DNA of 64,000 nucleotides from the human T2T-CHM13v2.0 reference genome, Homo sapiens. The notes beneath the pieces are model-generated. The model saw only the letters and a program-made list of their open reading frames with translations. It did not search any database and was not told the DNA's origin. Positions within the stretch are counted from its first letter, which is position 1, and the number at the start of each line of letters is the position of its first letter. The stretch lies in assembly GCF_009914755.1 (NCBI RefSeq), contig NC_060929.1; one strand, 5' to 3'. This document shows positions 11,116-24,479 of the stretch, piece by piece. The position numbers and the translations under genes were made by a program.

Positions 11116-12465
11116 CTTCATGGATTTATATACCTTTGGTCTTTGCTATTGGTGACCTTCAGATGGAGTTTTTGCTTGGTCGTCCTTCTTTTTGATGTTG
11201 ATACTATTGCTTTCTGTTTGTTAGTTTTCCTTCTAACAGTCAGGCCCCTCTTCTGCAGGTCTGCTGGAGTTTGCTGGGGGTCCACTCCAGACCCTGTTTG
11301 CCTAGGTATCACCAGCGGAGGCTGCAGAACAGCCAAGACTGCTGCCTGTTCCTTCCTCTGGAAGCTTCATCCCAGAGGGGCACCCACCAAATGCCAGCCA
11401 GAGCTCTCCTGTATGACGTGTCTGTCGACCACTGCTGGGAGGTGTCTCTCCATCAGGAGGCATGGGGGTCAGGGACCCACTTAAGGAGTCAGTCTGTCCC
11501 TTATTAGAACTCCAATACTGTGCTGGGAGATCTGCTGCTCTCTTCAGAGCCAGCAGGCAGGAGCGTTTAAGTCTGCTGAAGCTGCACCCACAGCTGCCCC
11601 TTCACCAAGGTGCTCTGTCCCAGGGAGATGGAAGTTTTATCTATAAGCCCCTGACTGGGGCTGCTGCCTTTCTTTCAGAGGTGCCCTGCCCAGAGAGGAG
11701 GAATCTAGAGAGACGGTCTGGCTACAGCGGCTCTGTGGCACTGCAGTGAGCTCCCCCTAGCTGGAACTTCCCAGTGGCTTTGTTTACACTGTGAGGGGAA
11801 AAACATCTACTCAAGCCTCTGTAATGGCAAATGCCCCTCCCCCCACCAACCTCAAGCATCCCAGGTCGACTTCAGACTGCTGTGCTGGCAGCAAGAATTT
11901 CAGGCCAGTGGATCTTAGCTTGCTGGGCTCCATGGGGGTGGGATCCACTGAGCAAAACCACTTGGCTCCCTGGCTTCAGCCTCCTTTCCAGGGGAGTGAG
12001 CGGTTCTGTCTCACTGGCATTCCAGGCGCCACCAGGGTATGGAAAAAAAAAAAACTCCTGCAGCTAGCTCGGTGTCTACCCAAAGGGGCGCCCAGTTTTG
12101 TGCTTGAAACCCAGGGCCATTGTGGTATTGGCAACCGGGAGAATCTCCTGGTCTGTGGGTTGCGAAGAGCATGGGCAAAGCATAGTATCTGGGCCAGATA
12201 GCACCATCCCTCACAGCAGGGTCCCTCACGGCTTCCCTTGGCTAGGGGAGGGAGTTTCCTGACTGCTTGTGCTTTCCAGGTGAGGCAGCGCCCCGTCCTG
12301 CTTCTGCTCGCCCTCCCTGGGCTGCACCCACTGTCTAACCAATCCCAATGAGATGAACTGGGAATCTCAGTTGGAAATGCAGAAATCACCTGCCTTCTGC
12401 ATTGGTCTCACTGGGAGCTGCAGACAGGAGCTGTTCCTATTCGGCCATCTTGCCTGGGAACTTCC
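11116..12465 (-). promoter_or_regulatory. L1 5' UTR internal promoter with YY1 site (12436-12452)
   Basis: GC-rich, CpG-decayed 5' UTR; 'cctattcggccatcttg' is CAAGATGGCCG on the minus strand. Confidence 0.8.
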
Positions 12466-14152
12466 TTAAGGTTTTCTCTAATCTATGCCATGACAATCTA
12501 TAACTCTAGATTCAGGAGGAACACAGAGGGATAGCAGCCAACAGAAATCGTAAAGGAGAAGTAATCATGTCTGAGCAAAGCTAAATACGAAAGTAAAGAG
12601 TTGGGATGAAAATCATTTACCTCCTGTGTAGAAATGGAGGTTGAAGGAGAACAGGAGAAATGTGGAGCCCCCTTTTAAAAGTTCCCTCCCTAAATCGCTG
12701 AAGCATCCTTACTCCATTAACAACCAGCTTTTGCTTTTAAAGCACTAGTTCTCTTGGTATTTACCTCCAGCACTGCAACAGAAAAAAATTTCAGCATATA
12801 CTGAAGAACTTGTAATGATCTTTTAAGACATGAATCCCCCATTCCTAGAGGGTGAGTGTGCTTCCTAAGAACTATTCTGGAAGCAAAATTGACAGACTGT
12901 CACAGGAACAGAGAGATTCCAGTTTTTCCTGCATCGGGGTGGAGGGTACGGGTGGGTGTGTCAAAACATCACTACATTCTCCCAGGTTGGAGCCCTCATT
13001 CCGTTCTTTGCTGGGGGGAGATCTGGGTTCTTCTCACACACATGCTTGTCTCTGTGATGCAGGGGAGGCCCGAGGGCAGGCCAATGGCAGCTGCTGCCCA
13101 GCCAAAGGAGAGGAAGCTAGTTTACTACAGGATATAAATAGAGTGACAGAGCCCCTCACAGAGGGATGTACACTGGAATGCTTAAAAAAAAAAACCACTG
13201 TAGCAGGGGCATTATTCAAGCATACTGTATAAGGGCCAAAATTGCTTAAAATGGCTTTCAAAAACATAAGTCTGAGATTGCTCCTTGGGTGTGTTATTTT
13301 TATCTATTCCACTGGGATTAAGCATGGCCTAGAATCCCAGCTTGAAAGGGGAGAGCCAAATTTGCACTACCTGCTATCTCTCTGTATCATCAGGACTCAT
13401 CTTCAGAAATCTGGACGTGGACACCACTGACACAAAGGAAGCACAATTAAAGCCTGAGAAGAGGCCGGTCTGCGCTCTCCCAGAGCCAAATGAACCCTCC
13501 CTTGCTTTCTCCAGTCTCCAGCCCTGCTCAGCGACCCTGCCTTTGACTGACATGTGGCATTCTCGTCTTCATGGACAGAGAAGCCGAGCTCTCGATGGTT
13601 ATCGACATTAGAAAATGTCATGTCTGAATACGCTTCAGCCGGACCTTCCTCCCCTACTTCATCCCCTGCCTCCCGCCCCTCAGTTTATTTTAATTATACA
13701 ATGAAAACTCTCAAGTATGGAATGGCTGCCTGCTGTATCACACAAGCCCTTAATTGTACTCTGGAGTTGGATCATGGCATTTTATCACCCTGCAATGGTA
13801 AAAGGCACATTTGCAACAGGAGTAGGTCATGGAATATTTTCTGGAAATGCCAATGGATTTCAAGGCCCTTCCTTTTTTATACTAGACATTTGTGATTTTT
13901 GTCTGTGCATATAGGAGAATAGTAATTTATATCCCCTTTTATACCTTTTCCTGTTCTCCTTACAATTCTATATAATTCCCCAACTTATTCTTTACATTGA
14001 TGAATATTAATGACTTGATCCATAATCACTTGTCTCTTATCAATCCACAAAAGCATTTGAGCAGATTTAATTTTCGAATTATCATAGTTTCCACATCGTG
14101 ATGGCATACCCATTTATCATTCTTCTAGTTCCTTTAAAACGTTTTCATTATG

Positions 14153-14280
14153 GGCAAGGTGCAGTGGCTCACATCTGTAATCCCAAGCACTTTGGGAGGT
14201 AAAGATGGGAGGATTGCTTGAGGCCAGGAGTTTGAGACCAGCCTGGGCAACATAGTGAGACCCCCATCTCTACAAAAACA
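14153..14280 (+). mobile_element. Free left Alu monomer (FLAM_C-like)
   Basis: Single left arm 'gggaggattgcttgaggccaggagtttgagaccagcctgggcaacatagtgagacccc' followed by A-rich tail. Confidence 0.9.
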
Positions 14281-15649
14281 ACTTTTTAAACTTTTTAAAA
14301 TTAAAAACTAAAAAGAAAATATTTTCTTCAGGAAAAAGAACAGATCACAATAGACAAACTATGTTCAGGCTTTTTCCAAAAGAGGCCACTTCAACAAGTA
14401 AGATAATTTCCTAGAAGATAAAAAGGTGACCCACACCCAATCTAGACATGGCTGGCCAATGTGGTACTTTGGTTTAGATGTCTATATCTGCCTCTTTCAA
14501 CAAATACAGGCTTTCCCATTGTATCTATTCAATAAATGTTCACCAAGTAAATCTTCTCAGTCATGAACTTCAAATGTGCGCTAAGCCATACACACCCTAC
14601 CCATATTTATCCAAGAATTCCCCTGCTCTAGTTGTCTCATGTTAGATATTCATTCCCTAATTCACACTAGGATAACAAATTCTCTCCTGGTAACCACCGC
14701 TCCCTAGCTCAATCCATACTTCCAGGAAGAACTGTGTTCACACAGTTTATAAGTCATGCTCCCACAGCAGTATTTGTCACTTGACAGGTTCACGTTGTAT
14801 CACTTTTAAGCAATTCCCAGTGGTGTACAGTGGTGCCTGTTCACAGATGTTTCCCTAATATTGCTAAGTAACATCAAAAGTTTCAGGCTGGCTTCCACAC
14901 AGGCAGTGGGCTAAGGAGACATGGATTACCCATGCTCTTCTATTTCCTGGCCCAAAGGTCTCCAATTAACACTGATGAAATTGGCTTCTCTTGGCACTCC
15001 TGCCTACTTCCCTTAGATGTTATTCACTTCAGGACTTGGGCAGAAACAAGGTTTTATGTAACAACATCATTCATTAATCCTAAGTGAATGTACCCAAGAA
15101 AAGGTGCTCAAGGTAGGCTAAAGTCCTAGAGTCAGTAGCCGATGAAGAATAGTAACCTGTTCTTCACACTGCCATTTATTTCACAACAAAACTTCAGTCC
15201 AGGCAGAGCTTCCACTATAGCAGTCCAAAGCTTTCCATTGACTACTGCTAGAGTCCAGCCCACACAGGACCAGAAAGAAGTGGATTTGTGTGAGAAATGC
15301 TCCGCCCAGTGTCTAGCACAGAAGAGGGGCTTAATAAAACAAATTCTGAGATCTAAAAAAGAAATACAAGAAGTCTTACGGGTAAAATTGGCCCCGTTCT
15401 GAGGACCATGCAGAAAGCCAAAGAAGTACTTCCTCAGTGGCCTGGGAGACAACCTTCTTTATCTCTGACATTTTACTCTGGAAAAGGAAAAGGCTATAAA
15501 TGAGTGGTGGGAACCATCTGAAATCTCATCATGACTATACCACCAGCATGTGGAGAGTGTATTTGGTGGAGTTTGTCCAAAAGTCATCCTTCCCTGTTCA
15601 CTCTAACCCATAGTCACTCCTACCTCAAATCTCTATTCCAAAGTAGGAA

Positions 15650-15912
15650 ACTTCCAGGCAGGTGAGGTATTCAAATGAAAAATGCAAGCCCGGGCTACTT
15701 AGCTCTGGCCAATTGTTGCCATGTGGGATGGCTGGCAGCCCATGTTGGTAGACCTTCTGACTTTTCAAGAGAAGATGGAAAGTCAGATTTCTATATAAAT
15801 CTCCCAATTTTTCAATATTAACTCCAACTTAGAATGAAAAAAGTTCAAGCCAAGTAAAATGCATCTGACTCTGGGTTGGTCTGAACGCATGGTTTGCCAC
15901 TTTGCAATCCCT
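15650..15912 (+). mobile_element. hAT-Charlie DNA transposon (MER102-like)
   Basis: 'cagatttctatataaatctcccaattttt...gccactttgcaatccctg'; similar to the copy at 51208. Confidence 0.55.
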
Positions 15913-17555
15913 GAACTCTCTAATTCATGTGGCACTAAATCATACATTACTTTTGCATTATTTCACTTTTCACTTTGCAAGCTGTGACTTCCAAATTGAC
16001 TATAAACACTTTTGACCCTGACACACTTTTGGCTGGGTGGGCCTGTGATGCCATGCGTTTACTAAACAGTGGCTCTATTATATATTGCCATGTTGAACAA
16101 TGGCTACAGGCAGATGTAGCATTTCCCAAATGAGAGAAGGCAATGGCAAAAGAGGGAACTTGGCATCAACTTGAGTGAATGCCCCTCCTTCTCTACTCCA
16201 TTCTTTTTTTCCTGGCAGGTGCACGTTCACAATGGTGATTTCTCATTTAATTGCTAAGTATTTCCACAGCACAGTAAAATCCATCATGAACCAGACACGG
16301 AGTATGCTAATTCCCCAATCTCTGATAATGCACAGATTCAATGGGGTCTTCTTCCCGCCAATGTGCATTCATAAATGCCATTAATAGTAATGGCAGTCAA
16401 ATGCAAAATATGACTAAGTAGGCCCTAGTGCATGAAATATATTCTCAACCACAAGGACAAGCTGCCACACAGCTCACTGCCTTGTACTAAATTAGGGGCT
16501 GGTGATTCTCTGATTGGGACCAAGAGGGTGATAATGACAAATAAAAAGAAAAAAAGCTAGTCCTCTTCTCTGCTTATCCACTACGAAGAGTATCCCTGAC
16601 TTACAGGTCAGAGACAATGAGGAGCTTTCAGGCTTGGAAACAGAGACAGGACACAGAAAGATGCAAACTCGCTGTCTTGCAGGGAATTAGTGAAACACAG
16701 CTAAGCCAGTTCAACACTGTGCCCTTTAGTCATCCCACCCACTAAAAGACACTGTTAAAAACCCGCCAGCTTTTATTAGCAGAAACAAATGAAGTCGACT
16801 ACCGAGCACTCAGGAGTTTTTCATCCTGAAAGTCCAGGATGGCTTTGGCATAATAAAGGTCATATCTCCTAACCACGGTAATGTTCACAGAGCAACCTGA
16901 GCTCCAGGCAGGGCCAGGCCGGCCTCTCAGTATTCCCCCTGTAGAAGGTGTTGCCGATTAAACTATCACATTTCAAAGAGCTCCTTACAGTAAATAGGAA
17001 AGAAAGGAAAAAAGAGATCCAGGGCCTTTTGTTAGTCAAAAAGCTAGGGAAAGGCGATAATTAACCCATTTTTGTAGAGAAATCATTTGGACAAAAGTCA
17101 AGGGATTTACCACCCTGTCAATTGTTAAGTCTAGATAAGGACATTATATTCCACGGCACAAAGGGTGACTGAGATGGTGAATGGAAAGTAGGCCACTACT
17201 ACTACTTTACCTCGCATCTGAAAAAGGACTTTTTTTTTGTCCTCCTGGTACAGTGATGGACTAAAGAATCTTCTCCCCCTTGCACTAAAAACATAACTTC
17301 AGAGCCTGGTTTTTGCATTTTGTTAAATATTCAAAGGTATTGTGCAATTAGCATGTCATTAATGAATAATTAATTACAGCTAAAGCAGCCCTCAGATTTT
17401 TGCAGCTAAATTATTTAAACAGCAAATATAACAATACAATGCAATGCTCTCATTTGGTGTTTTGTTATTGCATTATTTGAAGGGAACAGCAATATTACTT
17501 TTCATTAGTTGCAAGAATTATGTGCAACAAAAGCTGTTTTCATTTTTTTTCTTAC

Positions 17556-17576
17556 CTAAAAGTTGCTTCGTGTGCC
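17556..17576 (-). other. Candidate 21-nt microexon
   Basis: Minus strand: tctaat (branch point) ...ttttcccttttag|GGCACACGAAGCAACTTTTAG|gtaaga, inside a transposon-free block. Confidence 0.55.
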
Positions 17577-19748
17577 CTAAAAGGGAAAATTAATTCAATT
17601 CAGATTAGATTTCCTAAGAATTAATTAGCTGCAAATATCTGAAAACTGCGGCTAGGGACATAAGGCTTAGGTATCTGAACTTAAAAGAAAAAAGTAAGCC
17701 TATTTAAACCTGTCCTTTAAAACAACTTCTGCACCAAAGTACCTTTTTTTTAGATATTTGGTTACCACTTTTAAAAGAGGAAACTTGTTTAAAAATCCTT
17801 TTTTTTTTTTAAGCAAGTGAGCATTACAAAGCTCCCCCTAGTAAACAGTCAAGAGTTAAATAGAAAGTAATTTGTTGCTACTTGCAGACATACATCACTA
17901 GTAAGACATGAGTTTATATTTATAAGCTGCACATCTGGGATCAGTTGACTTATCCATCTGCTAACTACACCAGTAAACAGTATGTCTGGGACCGTCAAAC
18001 CCTTGCATCCATCACAAATTCCTGCTTTAATTGTGTGTTTACGTGGCAAACCTCTGCTTAAGTATATTTGAAGACTGTTTTAAGCAGTTGTAATTGCTCC
18101 TTTCTTCTTCATATTAACTTTAACACATTTTATTTACCATTATGACAGGCCGCGATTTTGCAAGCCTCATAGATAGATAAATGCCAGAGATCATCATGCT
18201 ACCCAGGAAAAGGCAGCAGAGGGACAGAAACCGGAGCTGTAACCTGTCCAGTCCGGAGAGTTTGGGCCTCTTTCACAAAATCCAATGACTTGAGTCACAA
18301 GTTCAAATCTCAGTAAGGCCAGTTTAATCCTCCACTGTCTTGAACTCAGAAAGTTGACAATCATACACTTTCTTTTTGAGAAAGGAGCAGAAGAGAGGGA
18401 AGGGAAGATTTAGGGGGAAGAGGCAAATCACAGTTTGGAAAGATAAAATGGTGCCAGGAGTTTTCCATCTTTTTCCTTAATTAATCTGCTGTGTAGGAGA
18501 GGTGCATGAAAGCTTGAGAGATTTGTAAGGGTAGAGATTTTTCAAGCCAGTGGCAGAGGGCTGGAAGTTCTCAGGAGCCCCAGAATCAAAGAGGAGTATA
18601 GCCTGTGACTTGACTTAATTTTTAACCCTGGTTTTATAATTGAGTTTCATAAGCAAGCTGAAAACACAGGCTCAGAAATGAATGAATTCAGAAGAAATAA
18701 AAGGCTACCTTCCATAATTAGGGGAAAAATATGCACCATTCTCTGCACAAAAGCGGGGATTTTACTGTATTTTTCCCAATCTGCCTTTCACATTTATATG
18801 AATAGCAAGATGTCAGATTTCACACAATGTTGTTAAACCTTTTCTCAGGTTTAGGGAACTGAAAGTCGTATGTGCCTGTGTAATATTGTGCTGATGCAAA
18901 TAGTTAAACTTTTCTACACGATTAACCATCATTTTCTCAGAGTATTCTGTTCACAGCTTTCTTCCAGTTTCCTGATACATGTTGAGATCTATGCCCGTGC
19001 GGCTGATGGGGTGGCGTGGAGGTTGTAAACTGAAGACCCACCGCGAAGCTAAAGAGTCACTCTGACGCAATCTAGTTAAATGACAGTATGGCAGTAGGCC
19101 GTTTACCCAGGCCAAGGAAGCTGTGGCTTGTCAAAGACATTAAAATCCAAATGTGCCAGCAACGGTGCCAAATGTACTCTAGGCCTTGCAAACACATAAT
19201 CCAGACAAACTGAATTAAATTGCAACCAGTTTATAATTAATTTGCTTTTGAAAGTTGTGCCATGAGAATAAATGTGCCAACAATTATTTGCAATGAATTG
19301 TTCTTAGGGTGCCCCCAACTTAATAATGCCTCTGTAAGCAAGAGAGGGTTTGGTATTGGTTACTTGTATTGGCATTGGCTTCTAACCTAATGAGGGGGTA
19401 CGGAGAATTTAGAGACAGATTCCAGGAACCTTAACCTTTCTGTCAACCTAATGGAGTCTGTTACCAATGCGGTCAGTAGCGTGGCCCTGTGGCCTCCCTG
19501 ACCTCAGATGCCAGCCTCACTCTGCCCAAGATGCTAAGATTAGAAACATATTTATCTCGCTGAGGCACTGCCTTTCTGGACACCATTTTGTAAGCACAAA
19601 TATTCACGGGAAAGGTAAAAACAGTAAGAGACTAAGGCACTAATGCGTCATGTGAATTCATTTCTCATACCATTTTTCTCTAGGACTTACGGAGCCAAGC
19701 AAAGTGTGAGCCCTGAGTACATATGAACAAAAAACTAAAATAATGTAA

Positions 19749-20175
<427 letters not shown>

Positions 20176-20833
20176 TTAGAGGCCTCAGGACTTAGAGCTA
20201 AAAAACAGCAGACGCAGGATTCAAACTGAGGGCTAACTCAGCAGCCTGGGACCTCCACCTTCTGCTTTTCATATCAACAATGGCCATATCTCACTGCTCC
20301 TCTCTTTCCAGAGCACAGGGGCCAGAGTGAGACCTGGAATGTGACTGACTTTTAGACCAGAGCTGGACATCAAAATGAATTCCATCCCATTCTTAATTGT
20401 CACTTTGGAAGACTGCTTGAGAGCATTTGCAGCTCTTCTTTGAAATCCAGGCAGAATGTTTTGAGTTCATCTCAATATAGTAGTTCCCTTACAGGGACGC
20501 ATCATTTCTGATCTAAAATGATCTTTAATCGACTGATGTTTTACACCAGCCTCGTTATCAAATTACTGCTGGCTGTTTCCGAAACTCAGATCAACCCTCA
20601 AAGAGTAGAAGTGTGCTACCATTGAGGGGAGTCACAAGAAGATGCTGCAGGTTCAGCCAGCAGCTGAAAGGAAGAGTAGCAAAGAGTTGCTTAGCAATGG
20701 CTTACCAAAGGAGGAGTACCTGCAGGCCATTGCTTTGTTTATGCAACAAATACTTATTTCTTACAGTTGTTACTTATTTGTTACAAGCTCCTGCTTGAAT
20801 ATGCCAGATACTGCATTAATTAAATAAATATAA

Positions 20834-20834
<1 letters not shown>

Positions 20835-20875
<41 letters not shown>
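20835..20875. repeat. (TG)n microsatellite
   Basis: About 20 perfect units. Confidence 0.97.
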
Positions 20876-20876
<1 letters not shown>

Positions 20877-20877
20877 T

Positions 20878-20975
20878 TTCAGATTTAGAAATTTGCCCAA
20901 GGTCACAAAGCTAATAAATGGCAAAGGCAAGATTTGAACCCATGTCAAACTCCAGCAACACACTCCAGTCCACAG
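20878..20975 (-). mobile_element. MIR fragment
   Basis: 'ttgcccaaggtcacaaagctaataaatggcaaaggcaagatttgaaccca'. Confidence 0.8.
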
Positions 20976-21250
20976 TCTTGTAGTACCAAGGAGGCTTCTA
21001 CTTTGGAGCGACACGGTGTGTCACAGGCTTTTCAGATCAAGTTCTATGCTGCAGTTTCCTTTCACTGAGATGCAGCCTAATGGTCTCTGAATGTTTTTCA
21101 CCAGGAGGAGAATGAGAGCTGAGAGTAACTTTCCCTGAAAGGACATTTGTAACCATTAAAAGAAAGAGAACTCAAAAAGAAGTTCAAGAGGGTTTTCAAA
21201 ACTGGACTTTTAACTGGAAGCTTAATTGCAGGATGTACCTTAGAATGCAC

Positions 21251-21300
21251 GCACACATAGACACACACACACACACGCACACACACACACGCACGCACAC
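21251..21300. repeat. Imperfect (CA)n microsatellite
   Basis: CA/CG alternating tract. Confidence 0.9.
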
Positions 21301-21485
21301 TTTCAGATATTCCTTCTAAAATAGCTCTTGACAATTTGTTTCAAATCATGAAATCACGACCTTAAGGTCTTCCAAGTTATCTTCAACCATCCAAACAATT
21401 AATTCTTTGAGAAAGACATACTTACTAAAAGAAAAAAGAAGTTGAAAATATTGAAAATATTATAGAAAGGTTCCAATGGAATTAA

Positions 21486-21845
<360 letters not shown>

Positions 21846-21864
21846 ACTTCTAATGAAAAATGCT

Positions 21865-22010
21865 AGCAGCTCCCAATTACTAAGAACTCTGTGCCAAGCT
21901 CTCTGCTGAGTGCTTTCTATACATTATACCATTCACTCTTCACAAGCGCCCTGTGAGATAGACATTATTATCCCCATTTTACAGATGAGAAAACTGAGGC
22001 TTCATAAATT
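21865..22010 (-). mobile_element. MIR SINE
   Basis: 'attattatccccattttacagatgagaaaactgaggctt'. Confidence 0.88.
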
Positions 22011-24066
22011 TAAACATTACTTGAACAGCCAATAAAATTATAGATATTTACCAGACTTTTCTGTAAGGTATTATTAATACAATGGTAAGCACTGTCATGG
22101 ATGCAAGAAAATACTGGAATTTAAATGACAAAGATTAAGTCACATAAGAAATGAAAATTGATGAGGCAGGTCTAAGCAGGAAGTCCCAAGAGGGCAGGAA
22201 CCAAATCTGTTTTGTTGCAAATTAGGTCTGGCATAATATCTGGCCTATAGGAGATGCTGAATCAACAGTTGTAGCTAAATGTAGAAAACAATACGTAGCA
22301 AGTGAGTATATTAGAACTCTCTGAACATTTTATCTCCAGAGCACTTGGTTAATCAAGGTTCAAGAAAAAAATGGTCCCAACTCTGCCACTACCATTTCAA
22401 AGCTCCTTGACCCAGGGTGTTTCAGGTAAGCCATAGTTCCATGGCATGTGCCTCTTCTTTTTATTTGGGTCTGGCACCAGAGGCTGAATCAGAAAATCTC
22501 CATTTCCCTTTGTCCCTATTCTGCCATGGACGCTTCCTCTGCCAAACATTTCATAGTTCCTTTATGGCCGCATGATATTTTTCAAGGGAAATGATTGGCA
22601 AACAGCCAATACCCCTAATGCAGAAAAGATGCCAACATCACTCCCAGGTTTAAATACCTTCAAGGAGACCCTCAACTGAAGTGGTCCTTACAACCAATCT
22701 GACTTTTTTTCACTCTCTTTTTGTGGGAATATCTTTTACACGAGGCTTAGAGGGAAAAAGGAAAAAATAATAATAAGAAAACGTAAAGAAAAAGAAAACC
22801 TGCCTGAAATGAAAAATTCCAATCTTGCCTCTGTAAAAATCCTTCAAGCCCAGTCAGCTGCCCCTCCCCCTTGATCCAAGCCTCTGTGTTTCCCGGCAAA
22901 GAGGTTAGAAAGCTGTTGAAAAACATTCTCCTGCTGAATTGAGACTGACATCTGACAGAGCTCGGTGGTGTCCTAACTTGAGTGAATTTAAATGACAAGC
23001 TTGGCTTTATAAGTAAGGGATCCTCTTTTACAATAGAACAGCATGATTGCTTCATGGCAGAGGGGGAAAAGAGGGAGAATCAAAGTTTTCTTCAAATCCC
23101 CAGTGGTGCCATTGACCTGTCAGAAGGTTGTGACCCACTCCTGTTAATCCATGCAAATCAGATGCCTCCAATTTGCGGTGCTGATTGGAGTACCACACCT
23201 TTAAATTCAGGAAGCGGCCTTAGAGTGAGGTTCCGATCACAGAGTTCAGTTCACCTCTCATTTTTTTCTTCTTCAAAAACATGATGACAGCTGACTTCCT
23301 TCCCGCCCTGCCCTTACTCAGTCAGGGAAGACTGTCTGATGGTTTCCTGATTAGCATCAAGGCAAAAGCAGCATGTTTTTCATAGGCTATCGCTATTACC
23401 TAAATTATAGGCCTGTTGCTCTCAGCATTTTCCCCCCACAGACAGGTTAATATACACATCCCACTGGTATTATTGCTTTGCGAAGTCACCCAGTCATTTT
23501 TATGACATAGAGGGGAGAAGGCCTGGAATTCCCCGGAAGAGGCTTCAGATCCAGATGAGAGACTCTTACACAACCAGAAACGCCGTTTTCTAACCATCCC
23601 ATTCAAAACTTAACAACACTTCCCACGTTCAATGCCATGTGCCGTGCATATTTTAAACCATGGGTAATTTCAAGCAGAAACATTCAGAAAAAGAAAATGA
23701 AAAGGCTGATATTTTGGATATCAGGAATATGTGATTGCCCACACGATTCGCACATTACTCAAGTTGTCCCCAAGTCATCTTGAACTGGCTACTTAAACAA
23801 TGTAAGTGACCAGAATTTTTGTGCATCATATCAAGGTAATTCAAAATTCTAGTGAGAGGAGGGATTATTTAAAGGACTTCAGTGAATTTGCATTTTCCAA
23901 AGCTTGGAAAATAACTTTCTTAAAGAACCCCTGAACCATTAACATATCTGAGGAATAAATAATTGTAATAACCATTTGCCCATATTTTAGAAAATATACT
24001 ATTCCTAACACCAAAAAAAGATGCCAAACATAAAACAAATCGAAATAAACTAAAACAAAAATATAA

Positions 24067-24390
<324 letters not shown>

Positions 24391-24479
24391 AAGAATTTTA
24401 AAGACATAAATAATATATAATTCTTTCAAAATAGGAAGACTTTTAAGACAAAAGAATATATATGTATGTATATATATAT

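Larger units (their letters stand above)
8875..12465 (-). mobile_element. LINE-1 (L1PA7-like) with both ends present and a roughly 2.9-kb internal deletion
   Basis: 3' end 'ttattatactttaagttctgggatacatgtgcagaac'; ORF2 C-terminal peptides (ORFs 9092-9334, 9443-9703); ORF1 peptides (10169-10993); 5' end on minus 'caagatggccgaataggaacagctc'. Subfamily is judged by eye. Confidence 0.95.

Noticed and set aside
11029-12389. Multiple 70-150 aa ORFs
   Set aside because: They lie in the GC-rich L1 5' UTR; no evidence of an intact functional ORF.
17211-17217. 7-nt minus-strand microexon (cctttttcag|ATGCGAG|gtaaag)
   Set aside because: Short pyrimidine tract preceded by an A-run, weaker donor, frame-shifting; likely chance. 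The donor could matter only if 17555 is a recursive site.
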